Shown piece after piece: positions 1-9,330 of a stretch of DNA of 64,000 nt (position 1 is the stretch's first letter; each line of letters starts with the position of its first letter). The notes beneath the pieces are model-generated. The model searched no databases and was not told the origin of the DNA. It saw only the letters and a program-made list of their open reading frames with translations. Position numbers and translations under genes: made by a program. Origin of the DNA: Dendrobates tinctorius (lineage: Eukaryota); the NCBI RefSeq assembly GCF_039654945.1, contig NW_027361697.1, positions 55,366,001 through 55,430,000 on the forward strand, written 5' to 3'.

Positions 1-156
1 CATCTCCTGATCCCTTACCCTCCAAGACCACTGAGAAAGGCAATACATTTGACTTATTCTTATTGAATAGTATGCATTGTATTAACTAATTAATATAGGA
101 TAAAATACAGCACCTAAGATACAATGATGATTTGCAAGATATTACGAATGCCTCAC

Positions 157-283
157 CATCTTTATTTTTATCCAGGCTGGTAAATGCAATTCTCATTTTT
201 TTCTCATGCTCTTCCAAATATTTCATAAATTCCCCAAAATCCAACTGTCCATCCTTGTTTGTATCTCCAGCTGCAACGATTTT
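157..283 (-). CDS. slc25a24: slc25a24 (SCaMC-1, Ca2+-binding mitochondrial ATP-Mg/Pi carrier) coding exon 2
   Basis: 127-nt exon bounded by tccatAG (284-285) and G|GTGAGG (155-156); translates [43 protein letters not shown] (EF-hand 2 and start of EF-hand 3); phase 0 join with exon 1. Confidence 0.95.
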
Positions 284-641
284 CTATGGAGAAAAATGCT
301 AGTCATCAGTGTAAAAAACAAAAACATGGATTTTTGTGAGTACTCACCGTAAAATCCTTTTCTCCGAGACGCTCATTGGGGGACACAGAGACTGTGGGTG
401 TGTGCTTCTGCCGTCTGGAGGCCGACACTAAGTGTACAAAAAAAGAGTTAGCTCCTCCTCCGCCGCATACACCCTCGCCCCTAGGCCGGGCGTAACTCAG
501 TTTAGTGCATAAGCAGTAGGAGAACGCGCCTTAAACTCAGGCAAGAAACTATATGTCTGAAAAAGGGGGCCACCCTAAACCTTGTACAAGGATTTGTAAA
601 ACTCAAAATAAGCAAATGCCAACTGGCTGATAGGGTGGGTG

Positions 642-744
642 CTGTGTCCCCCAATGAGCGTCTCGGAGAAAAGGATTTTACGGTGAGTACTCACAAAAAT
701 CCATGTTTCTCCTTCGTCTCATTGGGGGACACAGAGACTGTGGG
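642..744. repeat. DIRS copy 1 internal complementary region (ICR)
   Basis: 642-708 is the reverse complement of 322-388 (3' end); 706-744 is the reverse complement of 6198-6236 (5' end); shared TTT at 706-708 represents the circle junction. Confidence 0.95.
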
Positions 745-810
745 ACGTCCTAAAGCAGTCCTCTGGGCGGGATCTTAGCTCACCCAATCCCTGCTAATTT
801 GCGCCCCTGA

Positions 811-3672
811 TTAGAGGTGCGCAACTGCTGCCTGGAGAATCTTTCTTCCCAGGCTTGCATCCGAGGATGCCTGGGTATGTACGTTATAATGTTTGACAAA
901 CGTATGTAAACTGGACCAGGTAGCTGCTTTGCATACCTGCTCCGCTGAAGCCTGGTGTCGTAGTGCCCATGAGGCACCCACTGCCCGTGCCGAGTGAGCC
1001 TTGATCCCTGCCGGAACCGGCGTGCCACTGATTTGATAAGCTTCTTGGACCGTCAGGCGAACCCATCTGGCCAAAGTCGCTCTGGACGCAGCAAGCCCCT
1101 TCCGCCGTCCCTCTGGAACCACGAATAGAGCGTCTGTCTGGCGGAATGGCGCCGTCCTTGTCACATACCTCCTAAGAGCTCTTACCAGATCCAGGGTGTG
1201 CAAAGCCTTCTCTACCCTGTGCACCGGTGCCGGGCAAAACGAGGGTAAGACGATGTCTTCGTTGATATGAAATGCAGACACAACCTTCGGCAAGAAGGGG
1301 GGAGCTGGCCTTAAAACTACCTTATCCTTATAAAAGGTTAGGAACGGTGGTTTACAAGATAAGGCCGCCAATTCCGAAACCCGCCTAATAGACGTTATGG
1401 CTACTAGAAAAACGACCTTCCTGGACAGGTAAGGTAAGGAGACCTCTTGCAATGGTTCGAAAGGGGCCTCCTGAAGGGCTCTGAGCACCAAGTTCAGGTC
1501 CCATGATTCCGTCGGCGCCTTATAGGGGGGTACTAAATGTGCGACCCCCTGCATAAACGTCCTAACCTGCCAGACGGAAGCGACTTTTCGTTGGAAAAGT
1601 ACCGACAGGGCCGAGATTTGCGTTCTGAGGGAACTCGGGGCCAACCCTGCGTCCAGCCCTGCCTGTAGAAAAGCCAGTACGTTGGGGATCGAAAAAACCA
1701 GAGGAGCCACTTCACGATCCCTACACCAACGGAAGAAAACTTCCCAAGTTCGATGATACACCCTCGCCGAGGAAGGCTTTCGGGCACTCACCATCGTGGC
1801 CGCCACATCGCGTCTGAATCCTGCCTGTGTTAACAGCCAAGATTCAATGGCCACGCCGTCAAACACAGGGCCCCTAAGTTCGGATGGCAGATCGGCCCTT
1901 GGGACAGTAAGTCCGGCCGATCTGGAAGACGCCAGGGTACGTCCACCACTAGTTGGACCAGATCTGCGTACCAGGCCCGCCGGGGCCAGTCTGGGGCCAG
2001 CAGAATTGCTGGAACCTTCTCTCTCCTTATTTTCCTGATAACTCTTGGAAGCAGCGGCAGCGGGGGGAACAAGTACGGGAGACGAAACTGGTTCCACGGG
2101 AGCACCAGCGCGTCTGCTGCGATTGCCTGCGGATCGAGGGATCGAGCGACAAACCTTAGTACTTTGGCATTCTCTCTGGATGCCATAAGGTCCACGTCTG
2201 GTGTCCCCCACCGTTGGCAGATCTGCTGAAAGATCTCGGGGTGCAGGGACCATTCTCCTGCCGCGACCCCCTGTCGGCTGAGAAAATCTGCCGCCCAGTT
2301 TTCGACTCCTGGAATGTGCACCGCTGAAATTACCACGCGGTTCTTCTCCGCCCAACGTAGTACCAGTCCGACCTCGCGCATGGCTGCCTGGCTGCGCGTG
2401 CCCCCTTGATGGTTGACATATGCTACTGCTGTAGCATTGTCCGTCTGGATGCGCACCGGCCGGTGTCTCAGGAAACACTGGAAATGTTGTAGGGCCAATC
2501 GTATTGCCCGTATCTCCAGAATGTTGATCGGGAGAACTATCTCCTGAACGGACCACCGCCCCTGGGCTATGTGACTCTGGAAAACTGCTCCCCAACCTTG
2601 CAGGCCTGCATCGGTCGTCACCACCAACCATTGTTCCGGGGGAAAGGGTTTCCCCTGGACCAGAGACGAGTCGCGAGTCCACCACCGGAGTGAACCCCGT
2701 ACCAGCGGAGACAACTTGCACCGATGACTGAGAGACAGCAGCCTCCGGTCCCATGCTGTCAAGAGCGCATGCTGAAGCGGACGGAGATGGAACTGGGCAA
2801 ACGGGATTGCTTCTATCGCCGCCACCATTCTGCCCAAAACACTCATGCCATACCGGATGGATCTGGAGCCCGGCTGTAGAAGGTTCCGTATCCCTTGCTT
2901 GATTTTTTGCGCCTTGTCCTGAGGGAGGATCACCAGCCCCCGGGAGGTGTCGAAAATCATGCCCAGGAACACGATTTTTTGGGCTGGAACCAAAGACGAC
3001 TTGCTCCAATTGATCAGCCAGCCCAGACGGGCCAGGGTATCCAGAGTAATACTGACATTGTCCTGGCACTCCTGAAACGACGGCCCCTTTACCAAAAGGT
3101 CGTCCAGGTAAGGTAACACCGTTATGCCCCGTGCATGCAGGATGGCCATAACCACCGCCATTATCTTTGTAAAGACTCTGGGGGCAGTGGCCAGACCGAA
3201 GGGCAGAGCCACGAATTGGAAGTGACGTCCTCCGATCGCAAATCGCAGGAACCTCTGGTGTGGGGGGAATATCGGAATATGCAGATATGCATCCTGCACA
3301 TCGATTGAGGCCAGGAATTCCCCTGGATCCATGGCTGCAATGACCGAGCGGAGGGATTCCATCCGGAATCGCCTGACCCTGATGAATCTGTTTAGGATCT
3401 TTAGATCCAGAACCGGCCTCACAGTCCCGTCTTTTTTGGGGACCGAAAAAAGATTGGAGTAAAACCCCTGCGACTCTTCGCCCTGCGGCACTGGGGCGAT
3501 GACCCCTTTGTGCTGTAGCGATGTTACAGCCTGTAACAAACTCTCCGCCTGCGAATCTGTTTTGGAAAGTCGCGAACGGAAGAATCGCTGAGGTGGCCGT
3601 CCGACAAACTCTATCTTGTACCCGGACGATACAAGTTCTGCCACCCAAGTGTCGCGTGTCACTGCGACCCAA
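811..3672 (-). CDS. DIRS copy 1 tyrosine recombinase ORF with long N-terminal extension overlapping Pol
   Basis: C-terminal about 340 aa have YR catalytic motifs (IRRVSEL, HSAR, ATW, KHY); frame is stop-free back to the gag TGA at 3738-3736. Confidence 0.93.
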   Translation of the reverse strand: MGRSDTRHLGGRTCIVRVQDRVCRTATSAILPFATFQNRFAGGEFVTGCNIATAQRGHRPSAAGRRVAGVLLQSFFGPQKRRDCEAGSGSKDPKQIHQGQAIPDGIPPLGHCSHGSRGIPGLNRCAGCISAYSDIPPTPEVPAICDRRTSLPIRGSALRSGHCPQSLYKDNGGGYGHPACTGHNGVTLPGRPFGKGAVVSGVPGQCQYYSGYPGPSGLADQLEQVVFGSSPKNRVPGHDFRHLPGAGDPPSGQGAKNQARDTEPSTAGLQIHPVWHECFGQNGGGDRSNPVCPVPSPSASACALDSMGPEAAVSQSSVQVVSAGTGFTPVVDSRLVSGPGETLSPGTMVGGDDRCRPARLGSSFPESHSPGAVVRSGDSSPDQHSGDTGNTIGPTTFPVFPETPAGAHPDGQCYSSSICQPSRGHAQPGSHARGRTGTTLGGEEPRGNFSGAHSRSRKLGGRFSQPTGGRGRRMVPAPRDLSADLPTVGDTRRGPYGIQRECQSTKVCRSIPRSAGNRSRRAGAPVEPVSSPVLVPPAAAASKSYQENKEREGSSNSAGPRLAPAGLVRRSGPTSGGRTLASSRSAGLTVPRADLPSELRGPVFDGVAIESWLLTQAGFRRDVAATMVSARKPSSARVYHRTWEVFFRWCRDREVAPLVFSIPNVLAFLQAGLDAGLAPSSLRTQISALSVLFQRKVASVWQVRTFMQGVAHLVPPYKAPTESWDLNLVLRALQEAPFEPLQEVSLPYLSRKVVFLVAITSIRRVSELAALSCKPPFLTFYKDKVVLRPAPPFLPKVVSAFHINEDIVLPSFCPAPVHRVEKALHTLDLVRALRRYVTRTAPFRQTDALFVVPEGRRKGLAASRATLARWVRLTVQEAYQISGTPVPAGIKAHSARAVGASWALRHQASAEQVCKAATWSSLHTFVKHYNVHTQASSDASLGRKILQAAVAHL

Positions 3673-3737
3673 ACGTGGCTGAACCTTAGTAGGCGTCCGC
3701 CCACTCTGTCGTCCGTAGGTACGGAGTGCCTCCAGTC
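1830..3737 (-). CDS. DIRS copy 1 Pol: reverse transcriptase, RNase H, Dam-like methyltransferase domain (true start uncertain)
   Basis: VGGRL N-terminal motif, LPFGL, YLDD, TTDA..GWG, LEIRA, TDN, N..AD.LSR, and DLMAS...YLFPP methyltransferase-like motifs; frame open from 4010. Confidence 0.95.
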   Translation of the reverse strand, partial: DWRHSVPTDDRVGGRLLRFSHVWVAVTRDTWVAELVSSGYKIEFVGRPPQRFFRSRLSKTDSQAESLLQAVTSLQHKGVIAPVPQGEESQGFYSNLFSVPKKDGTVRPVLDLKILNRFIRVRRFRMESLRSVIAAMDPGEFLASIDVQDAYLHIPIFPPHQRFLRFAIGGRHFQFVALPFGLATAPRVFTKIMAVVMAILHARGITVLPYLDDLLVKGPSFQECQDNVSITLDTLARLGWLINWSKSSLVPAQKIVFLGMIFDTSRGLVILPQDKAQKIKQGIRNLLQPGSRSIRYGMSVLGRMVAAIEAIPFAQFHLRPLQHALLTAWDRRLLSLSHRCKLSPLVRGSLRWWTRDSSLVQGKPFPPEQWLVVTTDAGLQGWGAVFQSHIAQGRWSVQEIVLPINILEIRAIRLALQHFQCFLRHRPVRIQTDNATAVAYVNHQGGTRSQAAMREVGLVLRWAEKNRVVISAVHIPGVENWAADFLSRQGVAAGEWSLHPEIFQQICQRWGTPDVDLMASRENAKVLRFVARSLDPQAIAADALVLPWNQFRLPYLFPPLPLLPRVIRKIRREKVPAILLAPDWPRRAWYADLVQLVVDVPWRLPDRPDLLSQGPICHPNLGALCLTAWPLNLGC

Positions 3738-5178
3738 ATTTAGCTGGAGGCTTTTGGGGCTTGGCCCCCTTCGCTCTGGGTAAATGGCCTCGGCCTCTAC
3801 CCAGCGGATTGGCCCTGTAAGAGACTTGTTTTTCCCTACTCTGGCCATCGTTTGCGGAGGAGTACGCCCTGGCCGAAGTCCCCCCCCAGGGGCTACGAAA
3901 GGGTCGAAAACGCCTTTGCGTTTGCCTGAATGCCGGGCAACTTCTCTGCTGCGGAAGGAAACTACTTTTCCCCCCTGTGGCTTCTGAGATAAGCTTGTCC
4001 AGCTTCTCACCGAACAGTCGATTGCCCTGAAACGGCAATGAGGTTAAGGATTTTTTAGAGATAGAATCCGCTTTCCACAGTCTCAGCCATAATGCACGCC
4101 TAATGGCGATCGCATTTGCCGCCGCCACCGCCGAGCACTCGGCCGCGTCCAGTGAGGCGCTGACAAGATAATCACTTGCTCCTGACATCTGATTTGCCAC
4201 CTCTACGACCTCCGCGGGGAGATCCCTGTCCTGGAGGGCCTTATACAGAGCGTCCCCCCACGAAACCATGGCCTTAGCCACCCAAGTCGCCGCAAAGGAG
4301 GGGGCCAGAGCCGACCCTGCTGCCTCATATACCGAGCGGGCAAGCCCGTCCATGAGGCGATCAGTTGGGTCCTTTATAGAGGAAACACTGGGTATCGACA
4401 ATAGCGATCTTGATGCTAAACGTGATACCGGAGGGTCCACTACTGGCGACTCTACCCAAGCCTTATGGAGCTCAGGAGGAAACGGATACTTTGCCTGCAG
4501 CGCTTTTTGCATTGCAAAACGCTTATCCGGGTGATCTCTATGTTTCTGGACTAGCTCCTCAAACTCCGGATGCGTGGCAAATCTTCTATGTGGTCGCCTG
4601 GATTTCTTAAAAGAGACCTTGTGACCTGAGGCTGTGGGCACATCGTCCTCGATCTCTAATGTCTGGTTGACTGCCTCAATGAGACTGTCCACCGAATCCT
4701 GGAACCCCAGACTTTCTAGATTCCAGGCCTCTTCCTCCTCTCCTTCATCCTGATCGCTCCCAGAGCTCAGTGACGGGGAACGGGATGCCCTAATACCCGC
4801 CGCCGAAGCCCCGGAGGGTCCGGCTGACGGGGAACGAACCCTCTTGATATGAGCTTGCCTGGTACTGGAGCGACCTCTAATGGTTGGAGGGTCCTGAGAC
4901 GAGGACGAGCTCTCTTCCGCCGGCAGACCCCCCTCCCTGCTCCTGCCCGGGCCCTGAAGGGATTCAATTGCCCTTGTAAGGGACAGCATAGACTGCGATA
5001 AGGACACCGCCCATTCCGGGGGGTCCTGACCCCTGGGTTCAGAAACAGTGGGGGGCTCCTGGGCGCGCTCCGACTCACAGGCTTCACAATATTTACCCGC
5101 CTGTGCCTTTGGCAGCCTGACCCCACAGGACACGCAAACCGCGTAAAGGAAAGAGTGAGCTTTCCCTTTGGCAGACAT
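3736..5178 (-). CDS. DIRS copy 1 ORF1 Gag (N-terminal CxxC...CxxC finger; LAP2alpha-like C-terminal domain)
   Basis: First ATG 5178 (MSAKGKAHSF...CVSC...CEAC) within ORF 3736..5265; P-x-VDPPV, RRALWL, LFG motifs typical of vertebrate DIRS Gag. Confidence 0.88.
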   Translation of the reverse strand: MSAKGKAHSFLYAVCVSCGVRLPKAQAGKYCEACESERAQEPPTVSEPRGQDPPEWAVSLSQSMLSLTRAIESLQGPGRSREGGLPAEESSSSSQDPPTIRGRSSTRQAHIKRVRSPSAGPSGASAAGIRASRSPSLSSGSDQDEGEEEEAWNLESLGFQDSVDSLIEAVNQTLEIEDDVPTASGHKVSFKKSRRPHRRFATHPEFEELVQKHRDHPDKRFAMQKALQAKYPFPPELHKAWVESPVVDPPVSRLASRSLLSIPSVSSIKDPTDRLMDGLARSVYEAAGSALAPSFAATWVAKAMVSWGDALYKALQDRDLPAEVVEVANQMSGASDYLVSASLDAAECSAVAAANAIAIRRALWLRLWKADSISKKSLTSLPFQGNRLFGEKLDKLISEATGGKSSFLPQQRSCPAFRQTQRRFRPFRSPWGGTSARAYSSANDGQSREKQVSYRANPLGRGRGHLPRAKGAKPQKPPAK

Positions 5179-6629
5179 ACTTGCACAGGCTGAAGGCAGA
5201 GTAGAAGGAGGAGGAGGGTAACCTCTTCCCTGACAAGCAGCGTGGTTCTCCAAACGGAGATACACTCACCCACCGGCTCCTGTCTGCAGTACCCCTGCGT
5301 GGATGCGAGGTGTTAGGGCGGAAGTCTCTCCGGAACCTATATCGCGCGTCTCCGCATTCGCCGCCGCCACCGCCACGTCAGCGGGCGGGATTTCCGGCTA
5401 CCACCGGAAGTCAGCGGGCGGGACTTCCGGCTACCACCGGAAGTCGGCGCGCGACTTCGCGCGATTGCAGCGGGGCCGCGACCGCCGGCGGGCTTCCGGC
5501 CGCGCTCCGATACACGCGGCGTGCGGAGCCCGGGTGCAACGCCAACTTGCGGTGCGCTCCAGGAGCGGATCCCCCATATATTAAAAGGTGAGCAGGACCA
5601 TCCGCCGTGCAGGCGGGGGGGGGGGGGGGCTCTGTCGGTTTTACTCGCGGCCTCTTCCCCCTGTACCGGAACCCCCGCTCCCGCTCTCACCTGCGCCTCC
5701 GATTCAGCCCCCTGGACTCACAACCAAGGGGTGGACGGGGCCTCCATACACTGCTGTTGTAGGAGAGGAACAACGTGGAGGCTGACCACTGGTTCTGCTC
5801 ACACGCGCCTGATGAAGTTGTGGGGAAACCGAGTCCTCTAATCAGGACGCGTTGCCCCTCTTTCGTTAAAAAATAGATGTCTGGAAAAAAGTCCCAGATG
5901 TGTCCCTCGGTGCGGGAGAGGACACGTGGAGGGTTACTCACACGTGGTCGCCCGTTGGTGATTTGGGGAGATCGGATCCTCTCTATAGGATCCGTCGCCC
6001 CTATCTTATCTTCATAGAAAAAAGGGAAAGAAAAAAAAAAAAATCTAGTCTGGAACTCCAGACTGCGTGTGCCTCCATCAGACACTAAGCAAAAACTGAG
6101 TTACGCCCGGCCTAGGGGCGAGGGTGTATGCGGCGGAGGAGGAGCTAACTCTTTTTTTGTACACTTAGTGTCGGCCTCCAGACGGCAGAAGCACACACCC
6201 ACAGTCTCTGTGTCCCCCAATGAGACGAAGGAGAAACTGCACATTTAAAGAACATTAGAAAATATAACATGCAAAATGACGCAAAAGCAGCGAGGTTCAA
6301 AGGTATAACGATCGCGGTCAAAGAGGCTGCAACTTCAACTGGGTCCATGAGGGAGAGGGCCCCGCAGATGCCAAAGGCTATTTCAGCTGGATGTGCGTAC
6401 GAGGATACACATTCAATTGAAATACTTTATGGTGCAGAGACCTGCTGAGTCCCTGCACTGCAATATACTAAACCGGCTAATGAGAGGCCAGCAGCTGACA
6501 TCGGCCATACGTCACCCATAGCAGGCACACCAATATTAGCGGCAATCATCTGTGCTGGCTACAGAAGAGGACGCCGCATGACATGGGAGCGGGGGTAAGT
6601 GAGTAGAATGAACGTTTACTTATTATGGG

Positions 6630-7130
6630 TTAGAGATCAGCAGCAGGAAGGAACCCAGCATGGGGGAGTTATATGACAGGAAGGAACACAGGATGAAGAG
6701 CATATATACCAGGATGGGAACATGCAATATATAGCAAAAGGGGTTCAGGATGGGGGGCATATATATCAGGATGATGGCTTTATATACTAGGGAGGAACCC
6801 AGGATGGAGAATATATACCAGAATGGAGGACATATACCAGTATATCAGGAAGGAACCCAGGACGAAGGGCATATCAACTAGGAAAGGGCCCAGGATTGGG
6901 GACATATTAACCAGAAAGTGACACATATATACCAGGAAGGAACCCAGGTTGAAGGGCAGGATGATGGCTTTACATACAAGGAAGGAACCCAGGATGAAGA
7001 GTGTATATACCAGAATGGAGGACACATATCAGGAAGGAACCCAAGATGTGGGACATATATACCAGGAAGAGTCTCAGGATGAGGGACATTACTACATAAT
7101 GGAGAGGGGACAACATATAGGTATGCCCTT
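6630..7130. repeat. Degenerate minisatellite, about 35-bp unit (ATACCAGGAAGGAACCCAGGATGGGGACATAT-like)
   Basis: Repeated aggaaggaacccagga / catatatacc motifs. Confidence 0.75.
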
Positions 7131-7716
7131 ATAGGGTTTAGAATGCTACAAGGGTCCATACATTTGAAAAAACATGCAGGGGGGGGGGGGGGAGGGACAG
7201 GTCCAAATTTTGAACCGGAGCCCATCAGACTTTAGTTACGCTATTGATGAGGACCATGCTTACTGTAGTTATTCTCAGCAGGGAAGCAACCCATTGCCTC
7301 ATGTAGAAAAATTAGCACAGCAAAGAACTGGAGGAGTTGCCATTAGCAAGAGGTCTGATCACCTCTTACTTGTCCAATGTTATAAAGAATAAAAAAGGAA
7401 AAATCTGGTCGCTATTGGTAACAAGTTCGACCAATTCTTGAATTATTCCTGAATATGTCCTGTAACCTACTTACTGTACAGTATCCAAAAAAAAAGATAT
7501 TGGTAATCTGTCACATGATTCATGCCACCTGAACCACAAGCAGCACAAGTGTGAGATGCCTACAACCATTGACAGTAAGTTTTACTCAGAAATTCATAGT
7601 TAAAAACTGGATGAAGAGACTCGTCCCAAAGAAAGTTCCCTTCTGCCTCCCAGATCGTGGAGGAATGTCACTGCGGGCTTCTTCTCACCCTCTCACATAG
7701 ACCAACTGGTCCCTTC

Positions 7717-8007
7717 TAGTGATGAGCAAGTATACTCACTGCTCGGGTGGTCTCCGAGTATTTTGGCGTGCTCGGAGATTTAGTTTTCGTCGTCTCAGCT
7801 GTATGATTTGTGACTTGCAGACAGCCTAATACATGTGTGGAATGCCTGTTTGTTAAGGAATTCCCACCATGTATTCAGCCTGTCTACAAGTCACAAATCA
7901 TGCAGCTGAGACGACGAAAACTAAATCTACGAGCACGCCAAAATACTCAGAGACCACCCGAGCATGCTCGGGAAAACCTGAGCAACAATGCTACTCGCTC
8001 ATCACTA
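7717..8007. mobile_element. hAT-type MITE
   Basis: TAGTGATGAGC...GCTCATCACTA termini, internal palindrome, exact 8-bp TSD GTCCCTTC (7709-7716, 8008-8015). Confidence 0.9.
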
Positions 8008-9194
8008 GTCCCTTCCTATGTGTGTATGGGGAGAATAGGGCAGGGAGGAGTTCAAGTGGATGTTTTTATTGTGGGCATGTACTACTTTTTCCTGTATAAA
8101 CTGTTATCTGATAACTTTTGTTAAGTACAAGTGGCTGCTGACTCATTAGATGCCAAATACTTTGATTGCTAATATCTAAGCAACAGTGAGACAAACTTAA
8201 AAAGAAAAAAAAAAATTGTGAAAAGGTTCTTGATGGGATTCTCTATTTTTGGGTTTTTTGGGGGACAGTTTTGTTAGTTTATTTGTTGTTCTTTAAATTC
8301 AGGTTTTTGTGGATAATTATTTTTGCAATTGGGTTTCATTTTGCAGGTTTTATGTTCCATCCACATTTAACTTAGATGTGGTCTGTGGCTATTAATCAGC
8401 TGAAAAGAGTTCAGAAAAAGACAGATAAAAAGTTACTAACTTTCCCATCAGAACAGGCAGATTGACATACTCACAGTTAGGATGGAATCAGACTTGAGCA
8501 TCAGATGTGATGTACTAATGACCCTAGTCTCCAGCTCTGCTGCGAGCGTGATCCGAGTGTCAGTGCTCTGTGCTCCGATCCTCTCACATGACAAAATTGC
8601 GGCACAGGTGTGGAGGAGACGGAGAAATTAATTTCTCAGTCTCCTCCATTGCCTGCCTTGGCATATATTGGACTGCACTCGGATGACATCTGAGTGCAGT
8701 CCAATTTCACACGCACTCAGACTTGTATGGGTGCCTGTGAGCAGAGTTTGGTTGTCAATCGCAACATGCTATGATTCGGTATTACAAAATAGTCGCTGAC
8801 CTGCACTGCCCCATAGTATAACACTGGGGAGAGTGCTATCTTATATAACATGGCCACGGACTACACAATGTTTTATGTTCATGTGACCCCGGCCTTAAAG
8901 TGACTGTCAGCAGAGAATGATTTTTTAAGTCATGTTGCGATAGATGGAAATCCAGCAGGGGGGAAAGTGTATATAAATGTTTGATGATGATGGACCGAGC
9001 GCCTGTACTTGGGTTTAAACAGTCATTCTGTCCAGAGTGCCTTTTACTTATTTTGCAGTCAACAATGTGCAATGCAGCAGAAAGAATGTAAAGGCAAACT
9101 GCTAAATTTTCATGAAACTCAAAAAAAAAAAAAAAATTGAAAAAAAAATAATAATTTTTACTACAAATTACGAGAGTTTGAGTAAAAAAAAAAA

Positions 9195-9330
9195 TCCCCA
9201 ATTGCTGATCTATAAAGTTCCATATGTGCTCAATGGGAGACAAGTCTGGAGACCCTGCAGGCCATGGCAGCAAGTTCAGGCACTCACAGTAACACCAGCA
9301 ACATATGAAGTGCAACATTCATATTGAAAA
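9195..9330 (-). pseudogene. Tc1/mariner transposase remnant
   Basis: LLPWPAGSPDLSPIEHIW motif in ORF 8836..9318. Confidence 0.65.

Larger units (their letters stand above)
322..6236 (-). mobile_element. Full-length, apparently intact DIRS1-type tyrosine-recombinase retrotransposon (DIRS copy 1)
   Basis: 132-bp ITRs with no mismatch seen (372-503 / 6093-6224), 3' extension 322-371, internal complementary region 642-744, TTT at both termini, uninterrupted gag, RT-RNaseH-MT and YR ORFs. Confidence 0.97.

Noticed and set aside
3686-3739. ATGA overlap suggesting stop-restart translation of Pol
   Set aside because: The ATG at 3739 is in the third frame and ends after 17 codons; it is in neither the Pol nor the YR frame.
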